Below, piece by piece: positions 1-13,418 of a stretch of DNA of 64,000 nucleotides. Origin of the DNA: Eledone cirrhosa (lineage: Eukaryota); contig OZ024755.1 in NCBI GenBank assembly GCA_964016885.1, positions 15,438,001 through 15,502,000 of the forward strand, written 5' to 3'. The notes under the pieces were generated by a model. It was not told the origin of the DNA. It ran no database searches and saw only the letters and a list, made by a program, of their open reading frames with translations. Made by a program: the position numbers and the translations under genes. How positions within the stretch are numbered: the stretch's first letter is position 1; each line of letters opens with the position of its first letter.

Positions 1-73
1 TGTATGTATGTGTGTATGTATGAATACGTGTGTGTGTGTGTATGTACATACACTCACATCCACACAGAGACAG

Positions 74-153
<80 letters not shown>

Positions 154-2313
154 GTCTCAGTGTGGGTGTGGATGTGTATATGCAGGTAGAGAGAGAGAGA
201 GAGGGGGAGGGAGAGAGAGAGAGGGGGAGAGAGATAGAAAGACAGATAGATAGCCAGTGACTAAAAATACAAGAAGTAGACATATTTCAGGACTTCCGTC
301 TGAAATAACAATAGGTTTGATTCCATCAACACGCAACATTGACAAGGAACAGGATATTCTTTACTATTAACACCGAAAGAATGAATACATTGCTGGGCTT
401 ACCCTTTTATAATGCAGTATTTATTGGAATTCAATACCTTGTTGTATTCAACTCTTGCCTGCGATTTTGATGTATATCAATTTTACTTTACCGTTGAGAT
501 ATCTTAATTTGTGTTTTCTGAGATGAATCTCCAGATTTAATCTAATTTGTTTTCACATTATAGTAGTGAATAGCCAATTAGGGCACTACCGATATTTATT
601 TTATAATTTCAGTTTTGAAAGTTTTATGTTTATAATATCTGCATTCCAAATTTAAATAATCTAGAATAAAATGTTAATAAAATAAATATAAAAATTCGAT
701 GGAATGCGAAGATTTCTTTATTAGTTATTTATCTATATATTTATTTTTAGTATTATTCGTTCGAAAATATTGTAGTCAGCAGGAAATTGTGATAGGTCCA
801 TAATTCTTTCGATATATTTCCAAAATTGAATTAAACCATTCAAATATCATTAGTATTTTTAACTGCAAAAATTTTTCTCCGAATAGAGATTGTCAGTTTG
901 ATTGCTAAAGATGTTATTTTTCATTAGGATAATGTCATGCATTTTTTGAAAATAAATATTTAACGCGGAATTATGCAGGCATGAAATAAAGAAAGACTTT
1001 ATGGCAGAATAGAAAGGCTTAAGTGAATGAGGAATACCAAAACTAACTGTGAATGAGTAGCATATAAGATTGAAGTGATGAAATTCAAATGGGAAAAGAA
1101 GGAAGAAGATTTAAGAGAAGATTGAATGAAGATCGTAAAATCGAATGAAGATAGAAATGCATTTTTATTTTGACAGAAAACATGAATACATTATGAGAAG
1201 CATTTATGTTAGTGGTTCAAAAAGAACATTTGGGAAGCGAAATGTTGAAAGAGTCAGGTAAAAATGAAAGAGATCATGATAAACAAACATCTGATGAAAT
1301 AAATATTAAACAGAAATGCAATGTATAAGAAGGGTGGAGGAGAATTGTTTGACAAATATAAAATTACACAGAAAAATATAAATGTTGCAGTATTTGCTTT
1401 ATTCTGTTTTTCTCTATTTTTATTTATTCTTATTGTTTTATCTTTTTAATCATTATTTTTAGGGTCAGCAAATGAGTTTTAGGTTTCCCATCGTTGAAAA
1501 TGAATGATGTGGATGTGAAGAGAATATTTCATCGCCATTATGAAAATATGTTTCAGATGCGAGTAAATTTACTGCCACTATTTAATATAATTAATGATCT
1601 TTCAAAATGGGTTTACATCACTAGAATTTAACTCGAATCAAGATATCTGTTTACATGGCTCCATAGATACTACTGCAAATATTTTTTTTCAGATTCGATA
1701 GTATCATGTTACGCTTGTTTTATTTGTCTTCCTTTCCTTTCTTAGTGCTAGCTATTGATATCAAACTCTTATTGAGGCTATTTCTTTGTTATTAAAACAA
1801 AACAAAATACAAATACTTGTTTACGAAAACGCAAATTTGAAATATATCTTTGTTTCAATAGATGTCATAGCAATTGTTCAAATCAATTTCTATAGCAAAT
1901 TTATATTATCTTTTTCTGCGTACACTATTTATTTTTCATTTTTATATGTTAACTTAATATGATATCAGTTCAGAATGATTTACAAATTTGTAGATGTTCT
2001 GGAAAATATTTGTCATTTTTAATTATACATTAATTATATTTTATTAAAGAAATCAAATAAAATGCTTATAGTGTTACAGAAATGTTGGCACTAAATATGA
2101 AAAATATAGTTAATTCTGACACCCTAAGTAAGGTTACCATCACACAAGAGATCTTAAGAACTTCAGAGAAAGAGGGGTTAATACTCAAGCCTTTTACTAA
2201 TTCTGGTCCGGAGGGTCTCTTGTAAATTATGCCAGAATTTGAACTCCATATGTGTGTAATCTACAGGAGAGACACTTCTTTCTTAGAAGGGTTTCACGGA
2301 ACACTACATTTCT

Positions 2314-2371
<58 letters not shown>

Positions 2372-2496
2372 AGTTTTATTTAAATTGTTGGGTTACAACG
2401 AGTAAATATTTATAACTGATATAAAAGCACTCAACAAGTATTTGGAGTATATTTACGATATTAAATAAATGGAAACTATATTTATAAAACCATATT

Positions 2497-2562
2497 TATT
2501 TCATTATATATATTTCAGGGATATCATATTAAAAGTATGGTATGCCTTCATCAGACAAAATA
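2497..2562 (-). ncRNA. Type I hammerhead ribozyme motif
   Basis: Minus strand reads TATTTTGT CTGATGA AGGCATACCATA-CTTTTAA-TATGATATCCCT GAAA TATATA TA ATGAAATA. Helix I 8 bp with two G-U pairs, helix II 10/12 paired, palindromic helix III, AUA triplet. Confidence 0.75.
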
Positions 2563-2654
2563 CAATATAAACAGTCTTATAAATCAACTTTTTAAATGGA
2601 AATTGAAGTTGTAAGGTATGTCAAATCTATCTATTTATAAGACTGTTTATATTG

Positions 2655-2720
2655 TATTTTGACTGATGAAGGCATACCATACTTTTAATATGATATCCCT
2701 GAAATATATATAATGAAATA
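2655..2720 (+). ncRNA. Type I hammerhead ribozyme motif (inverted twin of 2497-2562)
   Basis: CTGATGA 2663-2669, GAAA 2701-2704, same helix II. The helix I pair next to the core is an A-A mismatch in this copy. Confidence 0.65.
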
Positions 2721-2760
2721 AATATGGTTTTATAAATATAGTTTCCATTTATTTAATATC

Positions 2761-2822
<62 letters not shown>

Positions 2823-2881
2823 CAAGGCTCTAAAACCACCAACACCAAAAACCCAGAGCTGGCATATCCAAGAATTTACTG

Positions 2882-2937
2882 GCTGCCTGATGAGGTCATA
2901 GCCATACAATGGCTATCATCGAAATATATATAGCGGT
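2882..2937 (+). ncRNA. Type I hammerhead ribozyme motif
   Basis: GCTGC CTGATGA GGTCATAGCCAT-ACA-ATGGCTATCATC GAAA TATATA TA GCGGT. Helix I 5 bp including G-U, helix II 11/12 paired, palindromic helix III, AUA triplet, AATAAA immediately downstream. Confidence 0.8.
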
Positions 2938-3148
2938 AAATAAAAGATTATGAGTTCACGCAATTGACTTATGTTTCGTCACTATATACATAGATATATA
3001 TATAGGAAAAAAGCCAGGATCCCGGCGACTGAGCTCCGGTCGTTTCAACAGCCAGGTATTGAGTACTCTGGTGCGTTATGGTCCACCTGGTATCTTACCA
3101 CACCCTCTTTGTTATATATATATATATATGCTTCCTGTCAATCTGTGA

Positions 3149-3856
3149 ATGCATCCCGCTATCAAATCTATCTTTCAGACTACGACTCTCTGTCTAACTA
3201 CTTGCCCTGCCCCTCTCTCCCCGTCTCTCTCTCTCCCTGTCTCTCTCTGTCTGTTTCTGTCTGTCTCTCTGTCTGCATCCCGCTATCAAATCTATCTTTC
3301 AGACTACGACTCTCTGTCTAACTACTTGCCCTGCCCCTCTCCCCGTCTCTCTCTCCGTCTGTCTGTCTCTCTCTCCGTCTGTCTGTCTCTCTCTCCGTCT
3401 GTCTGTCTCTCTCTCCGCCTGACTGTCTCTCTCTCCGCCTGACTGTCTCTCTCTCCGCCTGTCTGTCTCTCTCCGTCTGTCTGTGTCTCTCTGTCTCTCT
3501 CTCTCCGTCTGTCTGTGTCTCTCTGTCTCTCTCTCTCTGTCTGTCTGTGTCTCTCTGTCTCTCTCTCTCCGCCTGCCTGCCTGCCTGCCTCTCTCCGCCT
3601 GCCTGCCTCTCTCTGCCTCTCTCTGCCTCTCTCTGCCTCTCTCTGCCTCTCTCTGCCTCTCTCTGCCTCTCTCTGCCTGTCTCTGCCTCTCTCTGCCTCT
3701 CTCTGCCTGTCTCTGCCTGTCTCTGTCTGTCTCTGCCTGTCTCTGTCTGTCTCTGTCTGTCTCTGTCTGTCTCTGTCTGTCTCTGTCTGTCTCTGTCTGT
3801 CTCTGTCTGTCTCTGTCTGTCTCTGTCTGTCTCTGTCTGTCTCTGTCTGTGTGTGT
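3149..3856. repeat. About 124-bp tandem duplication followed by (TCTCTG)n/(CCTCTCTCTG)n simple repeats
   Basis: TGCATCCCGCTATCAAATCTATCTTTCAGACTACGACTC occurs near 3150 and 3274. Confidence 0.9.
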
Positions 3857-4585
3857 GAACAACCATTAACTTAAGAAGCATTGGTCAAATTTGAAATGAA
3901 GGAATGACCATAATAGCTGGTCACTATAAATAATACCTGAAAAAAATCCGTATAACTTTGATCCTCCAAACTTATCTGAAATAAACATAAGCTCGAAACA
4001 CATATAGCCATTCGTGGTGTAAATGCTTTCCCAAATGACTATTTACCAGACATCTTTGTTCATAGAAATATGTCTTCGAACACATCAAATTTAATTTTTC
4101 AAAACAAATTATTATAAACCTCACCGTCTACAAGCAACAGAGAATATCTGTAAAATATTGTGAAAGCCAATAAAGTACTGAGTCGTAATACCAGTACATC
4201 TCACTCTTGTATATCACATTATACACTACAATGAATATTCGTAGATTTACTATTTTTCTGATTATAGAGGAAAGATATAGCCAGAAAGGTTTCTCGTTGA
4301 AATTAACCTTCTACAGCTCCTAATAACAATGTAGGTGCAACGATATGACATGCTGTGTACTAGTCCTCTCCATCTTTGTCGCTACTTGCCAGATCTAGAA
4401 ACTCCGTTAATAATTTGTACATTCACTTCTTGATTTACTCTATCACCCTCATCTTCTCCTCCTCTCACCCCTCCCTTATTTCTCAGCTTAAAACATTCCT
4501 GGTAGAATAGTCTATACAAGGTCATTAGATGTTTGTTCTATGGCCCTCGAAGGGAGGAATTTTATCGAGAAATTGTTTCACATTC

Positions 4586-4760
4586 AATCTTAGATTTGCA
4601 GACGACATTGATGGAATGGCAGGATAGAAAGATGTATTGGCTGACCTAGTTAGCCAACCCGATAAAGACTCTAAAATATTTGTAATGGAAATCAGTGCCA
4701 AAAAAAATTATGATAAACGCCAACGGTGTCATCACAAGAGACATCTCTATACAAGGACAC
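4586..4760 (+). pseudogene. Decayed RTE-clade LINE reverse transcriptase fragment
   Basis: Translates NLRFADDIDGMAG*KDVLADLVSQPDKDSKIFVMEISAKK, the RTE-type FADD region followed by a MEIS-x-KK motif. In-frame stop, then a frameshift. Confidence 0.8.
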
Positions 4761-5831
4761 AGACGATTTTATGCATAGCGAGATTATTCTTTGGAGCATT
4801 ACAAATACTTTTGATTATACCTTAAGCTATCAGATAGATTTAGAACTGAAAAACTGTCAGCAACATAAAATGTTAGCGATAAGGTGCTAGGTAGGCAAGA
4901 ATGTATGTTTGATTTCAACACACACCATTTTAACATACACACACTCACGCACACAAATATCCATGCATACATATATATGATTCTGAGAGTATGGGGATGA
5001 AACTCCAGAGTACCAAGACTCATCAGTTACGTACAAGATTATACACACACATGTATACATATTATATGTATATATATATATATATATATATGTTTCTCCC
5101 GGGTTCTATCGGTGGTAACCACATTTCTCCCGAATGAAGCAGTTCTAGACTTGTAGAAGCCTTTTCTATATTATATATACATATATATATATACATATCT
5201 ACTTTACACTTGTTCAGCATCTTTCTCAATAAATCCTAAAACTCAAAACAATCGTTAGAATTGTTTTTGTTGATTAGTCACATATTCATTTTGGTCGTGT
5301 GGAGGTATGAACTCGTTGGGATTGATTGTGTTGCAGTATTTGTTGTATATTTAGTAAACGATGAAAGATGTATCAATTCCGTTGAGATCAACTTTCCCTT
5401 TCATCTTTTCATGGTCGATAAATAAAGTACTAATCCCATACGGAAGGTGATTTTTCTATTTTCCTCTCTCTCTCTCTCGTCCTCACTTTCACAGCTAAAA
5501 ATTGACTGTACTCAGATCCGGACACTGGTGGTCCAAGACCATGCCGTGTATCACACGGTGCCCCTATAATTCCATCATTAACAGCATTGCGATATTAACA
5601 GAGAATGAAGCAAAGCTCAACTTGAAATATTTGCATTATTTTCGATATATCAACAGTTTTCACAACTGCACACTTCGCTTCTATATGGAGGATACTTGAC
5701 GTCAGGTTTGGGGCAATATATATCGTGTTGGAACAATATATATATGTATATATAGTATACGCATATATATTATATGTATTCATGCATATTATATAGGCAT
5801 AATATATATATATTATTATATATATATATAA

Positions 5832-6022
5832 GGGGCGGTGGATTTGCAATATCGGTAGAGGGTCGGACACCATGCTTTGACGCATAGAGTTACGGCCCTT
5901 GCCATACTGAATTCTAATCCCGCCGACGTTAACTTTGCTTTTCATCCTTACGGGGTCGATAAAATAAAGTACTAGTAATGCAATGGGTAATTGCTGGCCT
6001 TGTGTCAAAAGTAAAAATAATT
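5832..6022 (+). mobile_element. tRNA-derived SINE, family A
   Basis: GGCGGTGGATTTGCAATATCGGTAGAGGGTCGGAC head, B-box-like ATTCTAATCCC, core CTTTTCATCCTTACGGGGTCGATAAAATAAAGTAC, tail GGCCTTGTGTCAAAAGTA. Multiple copies in the window. Confidence 0.85.
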
Positions 6023-7026
6023 ATTATATATGTCTGTGTGAGTGTCTATCCATTTGTATAAACTCTCATATATGCACAAACTCTCATATATGCAAACATA
6101 CAGAGACAGATGAGCTACTTATAGCCTTGTGTGTCAATTACTTGTGTGTCTTCAAATAGACAGGGCGATTTTAGAGTTAATATATGAACTCAATAATCAC
6201 TGAGGAAACACGTTATTCAAATTAGGTTCAATTATAACCCTAATAAATAAAACAGGGAAACTGTAATTTATTTTTTGTTACGCTCTGCAACATAGGACTA
6301 TGGTTTTAGGAAACAAACAGTAGCTGATAATTTAACTAAGATTACAGGAGAATCAACCGACAGATATTGAAATAACCTCAATTTATTTAAGAGATTAAAC
6401 ATTTATCAGCCTGGCTGGTGAACACAAACCAAATAATTGGTCATCTACGAAAGAAATTTCAGCAAATCCTCAAATAAATTCTCAATAATATAATTAACTT
6501 CAACATTTTATTGAATTAATACAGTGTAAAAATATATCTTTTATTTTTTGTCGAATTTTATATTACAAAATATAAAATAGAATAAAAATCATGTTCTACT
6601 AAATCGATATTATGCTACGTAATCAATAATTTATGGATGAATATAATTTTTTACAAAAAAAGTATGAATAAGATTAAAATCTGATATGAGGTTTACACAA
6701 AGTATTATTGAATTTTAAAATAGTTGATTTACTTATCTTAGTCGCATGGAAATAAAAATCGATAAATATTTAATGGTAAATTTTTTTAATGGTTTAAAGG
6801 ACTTGAGTAACATGAATAATATTTCAAAAACTGCATTACAAAATGTAATCTTTGTTTAGTTAAGAATGCTGCTTTGCAAAGTCCTGATTCTGTGTTCGAT
6901 CCCACTGCAAGCCTTAATAAGTGACTTCACTTCTCCCGTAGCCTCAGGTTAACCAATACTTTGCAACTATACGGAAGCATATATATATATATATATATAT
7001 AGATATACGAATATATATATTTATAC

Positions 7027-7062
<36 letters not shown>

Positions 7063-8187
7063 GAACATATATGAATACATATATATATATATACGTATAT
7101 ATATATATGAATATATATATGATTATATATATATATATATATATATATGAATAATTTGATTACTTTTTTTAGTACTTTACAATTTACATTAACTTAAACC
7201 CATAATTTTCTCTTTCCCTCTCCCTCTTTGTATATGCGTGTGTGTATACATAGATAATGTGTATCGGTGAAAGATGTTTAACATCGGTGAGTAAAGTATT
7301 GCTCCTGTATGGTGAGAATACCCGGTGAATGTGAGAGTTACATGACCATTCAGCCCGTTAGAAATGGCATAGAAATGCCCCTAAACCTGTTTTCTTCAAT
7401 AATGCAAGGAAACAATAGATAATATACTTATGCTTGTATCTAAAATGATTGGATGGTCACAAGTGGAATGATGTACTTGATTACGGTTAAGCTAGGGCTA
7501 AACAACATCAACATGTCGCTTCTTTGTGTTATTCTAAGCAGCCAATAATTTACATAGTACTTCATTACAAATTATCTAAAAATCAAATAAACTAGCGCGT
7601 GTATTTAATATCTAACGACGGCACTCAAAATAGAAATTGTAACTATATAAGACGTTTTGATGACCAGAATAAAAAGAAGAAAAAAACTTTATGAAGCGAA
7701 TCAACAAAAGATGTAATTTATAACAACTATTAATAGACCCAGACATCAATCGCCCCTCGTAAACAATACAGAACATATTCACTGCTATGTTTGACGAAAA
7801 CTAATTTGAAAATGTCGTACCAAAATTGCCGCTTGATCGAAGTAGTTGGCATTTGTTTTGGCTTTTTCCATCTATAAGGTTTGAGTTCAATTCTTTTCAG
7901 ATTGTTTCACTGTGCCTCTTACCGATTATTCGACTGATCGTGAATGTGTTTCCTTCGTCGTTACTACAATTATAGATAATCTAGGCATAAATCGTCCTCA
8001 GTACTGAATACGGATGACTGATTTACGGTGTGAAACGAAAATATTGCTAATCCAGACAAATTTAAAGTATATACCATTCATTTAGCAAATGCAGGCAAAC
8101 AAAGCTATATATATCCGTAGCGTATAATACGATAAAACAGTTTTCAGTGTTACGGATGCTACACTACATACTTTTCTTAAATGTTAT

Positions 8188-8473
8188 CCACACACACGCA
8201 CACATATATATACATATATATGCACACATACATATATATATATATATAGAGAGAGAGAGAAACACACATATATATATATACATATATATTTATACATATA
8301 CATACACACACATATATTTATACACACGTATATATTTATACAAATACATACACACACAGACATATATATATATATATATATTTATACACACGTATATATT
8401 TATACATATACATACACACACACATATATATATTTATACACGTATATATTTATGCATATACATACACACACAG

Positions 8474-8506
<33 letters not shown>

Positions 8507-8901
8507 CACACGTATATATTTATACATATACAAACACACACAGGCATATATATATATATTTATACACACGTATATATTTATACATATACATACACACACA
8601 TATGTATATATATTTATACACACATATATTTATACATATACATACACACAGACATATATATATATATTTATACACACGTATATATTTATACATATACATA
8701 CACACACAGACATATATATATATTTATACACACGTATATATTTATACATATACATACACACACACAGACATATGTATATATATATTTATACACACGTATA
8801 TATTTATACATATACATACACATATATTTATACACACGTATATATTTATACATATACATACACATATATTTATACACACGTATATATTTATACTTATACA
8901 T

Positions 8902-8992
<91 letters not shown>

Positions 8993-9042
8993 CATACATA
9001 GAGAGAAAGAAACAACAGTCATATATATATATATATATATAT
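8188..9042. repeat. TA/CA-derived minisatellite
   Basis: Recurrent TTTATACACACGTATATATTTATACATATACATACAC unit. Confidence 0.9.
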
Positions 9043-10056
9043 GGGGGGGGTAGGTGTATAGGTAGGTAGGTAGAGAAATAGGCACGTATGTTGTTCAATG
9101 TATAGTTTGACGGGTTTTATAGTCTTCTTGTAACATTGTGGGATATAAAAATGTGTTAGATTTAGGAAGCCGTTACAACACAAAAGTAGCTATAAATATA
9201 TATGTAACAATGGAGGAATTGAGAGGAACGAAAGAACTACAGAATAACATAGAGATCAGAAATATTTAACAGTCCCCTATATTTCCAAGGTAACACTCTG
9301 ATCACATTCTTTTTCTATATGTGTCTTTCGAATTTTTCCATTTTCTTCCCATTTGTGCTATTGTGACTTCCATATATGTATATATATATAGGTTCGTTTA
9401 CATTGTAGAGGCTTGTTAAATCTAATTCATTATATGTATGTGTATGTATGTGTGTGCATGTCTGTGTGTTTGTGTGTGTGCATATATATGTATGTGTGTG
9501 TATGGGTGTGTGCGTGCGTTTGTGTTTCGTATTTCATGCAAAACCTGTCTTCAGAAAACAACCTGTTTTGTGAAGCCTGTAGTATCGGCGAGACTACGAT
9601 GCCACTATTGAATTTATATATAGTACCAATACATTAGTTAAATACCATTCTTTCATCTGATATATCTCTAAATTATATTAACAGAGTTTGTGTGTGTGTT
9701 CTATACCGCCTTCTTTAAATGGATGATTAGTGTATTAATATGCATTAACTTATAAAAAGATCGAACCAATGAAGTCTTCCAGCCAACATGGTTCGTGCTA
9801 TTGACATTGTCTTCAATTGAGTGTCTTTTTGAAATAACAGCTTCTTTTCCGTGGTTAGTTCTCTCTCTATTAAGTGACATGGTATCAGACCAGTGGCTTT
9901 TTTTTTCTTTTATTAGAAAGCCTCTTTTCTGCATAATCTTTTATAAAGTGAAATGGCAGGAGGCTATTGAAGATGGCTGAGTTGCATAGCGTCGAGTGCT
10001 TTCCTCATATTACGTAATAATTAACATAGATGACAAATTCTACCCAGTAGTAAAGC

Positions 10057-10202
10057 ACCAAATTTAAACTTGCATATATATATATATATATATACCAAAT
10101 TTAAACGTGTATATATATATATATATATACCAAATTTAAACGTGTATATATATATATACCAAATTTAAACGTGTATATATATATATACCAAATTTAAACG
10201 TG

Positions 10203-10242
<40 letters not shown>
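10057..10242. repeat. Minisatellite ACCAAATTTAAACGTG(TA)n x5
   Basis: Five copies separated by variable TA runs. Confidence 0.9.
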
Positions 10243-10248
<6 letters not shown>

Positions 10249-10594
10249 AACGCCTCTGGTTATCTTTCTATTTCTACATATCTCTTTCAATTTATTGAAT
10301 TGTTTCTCCTTTTCTCGTTCTTCTTAATTCTCTCCTCACTCTCTCTCTCTCGTATCTAATTCGTTTATATTCAGCTGTCTCTATATCTCTCATATCTATC
10401 TCACCACCTTTCTTCTAGTTAATCTCCTCCCCCTCTCATTTACTCTTCCCTTGACCTCCCACCTTCTCCATATTATCTCTTCTTCCCATTTCGAATCTCT
10501 AAATCTCTAACAACACAGTTTTTCTTCTACACCATTTCAAATACCGCCATTATATCCTATGACATCTGCTTAGAAATTCTAGTCCCCTACAATA

Positions 10595-10690
10595 CCGTGG
10601 TTTTATTATACAGACCCAGCCACCGCAACCTCTTCTGGTCCTTCAATAATGTTGACAAGAGCTTAATCAGCATTCTTTTATACCTTCTCA
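10595..10690 (-). pseudogene. Possible decayed RTE-clade fragment
   Basis: Minus strand gives LLSTLLKDQKRLRWLGL, resembling the RTE RRLRWLGH motif. Short and degenerate. Confidence 0.3.
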
Positions 10691-11191
10691 TCGATGTACA
10701 ATTGTCCATTTTCTCGATCCATCCGTAATATAGTCAGATTCTATTGACTGCTTTAATTTGACTACGCAATAGCATATGTCCTGTCCTAACCATTTGTTAA
10801 GCTTCTATGTAGTTGCTGTTGCTATTGTCATTTCCTCTGCTTTATCATTGTGTATTTTTAATGTTGTGTATAGTTCTTAATTTATGTTTATTTTCTTATT
10901 TATTTGCGTTATATTTTATCATTCGCTGTTACTTTTTTTTCAAATTGATATGTCTATTGTTAGTTCCACACTTTCAATAACTTTCATCAATGACACAGTA
11001 GTCACATCATCATCATCATATCAATCAGCAATAGTATCCTCATCATTATCATGTTCATCATCAATATCATTATCACCTTTATCATTGGTAAAAAAACATA
11101 ATTGCCGAGTTATTTTTTACAATACATTGCCATTCTCATAATATGCATATATATATATATAAGATCAAAAGATGGTTAAATGAGTTCCATA

Positions 11192-11262
11192 TATTTTATT
11201 ATGCGCATTTCAAAAACAAATACCATCATGCAATAACATTTGTGTTTTCATCAGATAAAATA
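11192..11262 (-). ncRNA. Type I hammerhead ribozyme motif
   Basis: Minus strand reads TATTTTAT CTGATGA AAACACAAATGTTATTG-CA-TGATGGTATTTGTTTTT GAAA TGCGCA TA ATAAAATA. Perfect 8-bp helix I, long helix II with G-U pairs, palindrome ATGCGCAT as helix III, AUA triplet. Confidence 0.82.
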
Positions 11263-12983
11263 GGAGGACATGATATGAAGGTTAAAAACACTTGTGGATA
11301 GTGCAGTTTTAAATCAACATATGAAAAGTAGTTTTAGATTGATGTGTGATATTGGGGAAAACATTTTTCTGGGGAGGGGAGGGGGTGGAAAGGATGAAAA
11401 AGAGGAGATGAGAGTAAAAAGTGGAGGGGGGGTATAATGAGGATATCTGCATTGCTTTATTGTACTACAATAAAACTCACCTACATTATATATATATATA
11501 TATAGGTGCGTATGTGTGTGTTTATATGTATGAACATACACATGCCAATTGGGAAACTAGACATTATATATATATAACAGAATGTAAAAAATGATTTACG
11601 TTTTTTTTTTTAATCTGTCAATAAATATATTTATTTTGCCATTAAAAAAGACATTTATATCAAAGAACATAATCTAATTAGTGTTATCAAGAGAATATTG
11701 ACAAAATGTTCGCAAAACCCATAAATAAATTAAGTAGAGGAATGCTTTATGATTTAGAATACGGGACAATACAATGAGCTGGCAACTGAAAGAGATAGTA
11801 ACTGTTAATATAATAGGTATATAATAGAGGGATCATCTTACACTAGAACGTTTGTTAGGCTGAATATGCAGAAATATTTGTTGTCATAAATTATGATAAA
11901 ATATGTAAATATATATGTTTTAAGGAATACAAAATAAATGAGTGATTTAGTCTTATATGTTGACAGGGAGAGAGTTTGTGGTAAAGAGAGAGATTTAGAG
12001 AGGAAGTTAAAGAGAGGAAGAGAAAGAAAGGGATAGTGAAAGAGTTGACTGAGTAATATGGATGTGATAAACTGATCTGCTACAAATTCCTGGCTGTCCG
12101 AAAATGTGTTGTATATTTTTCGAATAAAAGATCCAAATTCTCTAATGTAGTAGTGTTGAAGAATGTATATATAAAATCGATTGCGGACTGGATAAAATAT
12201 TTCCCTCTATTTGTGTGTGTGAGGTGTGTGTGTGTGTGTGTGTGTTATTCTTTCTCCTTTATTGTATTATATATATTAAAAATTCAAGACATTAGTATCG
12301 TATGAAAAATCGAAGAGAAAAGCACGTAATGTTGTTTAAAAGAGATATAATTAAAGTTAGAGCATATATCATTCTAGAATGTTTGCCTGGAAGCCCAGTA
12401 TTTATTCCTTACTCAATACGTGATATTCATCTTGTATTATTCCTCTCGTAATATACACTACAAATAATAATGCCTAGTTTTCTTAGTTTCTTTCTAAGTG
12501 TAAGCATTAACATTTTCTAAATGTAGATACAATAGTTGAGAAATGTTTGATTTCATTTCTTCGCTTTTTGTTTTTCATTCACTTATCATAGTTATCATAG
12601 TCGGGGTTTCAACTCTAAAAATATCACCCTTGAGGTTTTAAATTTATACTCGTTAAATAGTGATAATTTTTTTTGTATTTATACCTAGTTTAAAGCTATA
12701 CATTAATCTTTTACTATTTGAACTCTTTCAGGTCATGATCTGCGGTCATACGACATAAATTAAACCTAAACCATGGTTTATACACCAGCGGTGGTTTTTT
12801 TTACGATATATACAGCAACTTGGAAGAAGTGTTAAAACCTCTGGAATAAAGTCATGTGGTGTATATTCCGGCTTCTGAGTTCAAATCTCACCGATGTCGA
12901 TTTTTAAACTATTATTTGTCATTGGCAATTATTACAGTCACATATATATATATATACACACACATACAATTATATGAATGTAA

Positions 12984-13016
<33 letters not shown>

Positions 13017-13118
13017 CGCACATCCAATATATATATATGCATATATACGCACATCCAAGTATGTAAATACATATATATATATATATATATGCATATATAC
13101 GCACATCCAAGTATGTAA

Positions 13119-13157
<39 letters not shown>

Positions 13158-13249
13158 ACTATATGAATGTAAATATATATATATATATATATATACGCAC
13201 ATACAAGTATATAAATATATATATATATATCATTATTACTATTATACTA

Positions 13250-13418
13250 GGGCGGTGGATTGGCAGTATCGGTAGAGGGTCGGACGCCATGCTTTCCAGC
13301 ATAGTTACGTCCCTTTACGATCTGAGTTCAAATCCCGTCGAGGGTGACTTTGCCTTTCATCCTTACGGGGTCGATAAAATAAAGTACCAGTAATGGCCTT
13401 GTGCCTAAAGTAGAAACA
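13250..13418 (+). mobile_element. tRNA-derived SINE, family A
   Basis: A-box-like TGGCAGTATCGG, B box GTTCAAATCCC, core GCCTTTCATCCTTACGGGGTCGATAAAATAAAGTACCAG. Flanked by direct repeat ATTATTACTATTATA. Confidence 0.88.

Larger units (their letters stand above)
2454..2763. repeat. Long inverted repeat (131-bp arms 2454-2584 and 2633-2763, 48-bp spacer); probable inverted Penelope-like pLTR remnant
   Basis: Arms are reverse complements with one mismatch seen. Each arm carries a hammerhead motif. The right arm abuts (TA)n. Confidence 0.9.

Noticed and set aside
1287-1324. ACAT CTGATGA ... GAAA TGCA ATGT hammerhead-like string
   Set aside because: No helix II adjacent to GAAA and no NUH triplet. 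Chance or too decayed.
9523-9560. Minus-strand CTGAAGA CAGGTTTTGCAT GAAA
   Set aside because: Helix II and helix III do not pair.
9701-9980. Overlapping 77-aa and 61-aa ORFs of complex composition
   Set aside because: No recognisable motif or exon boundaries. Length is within chance expectation.
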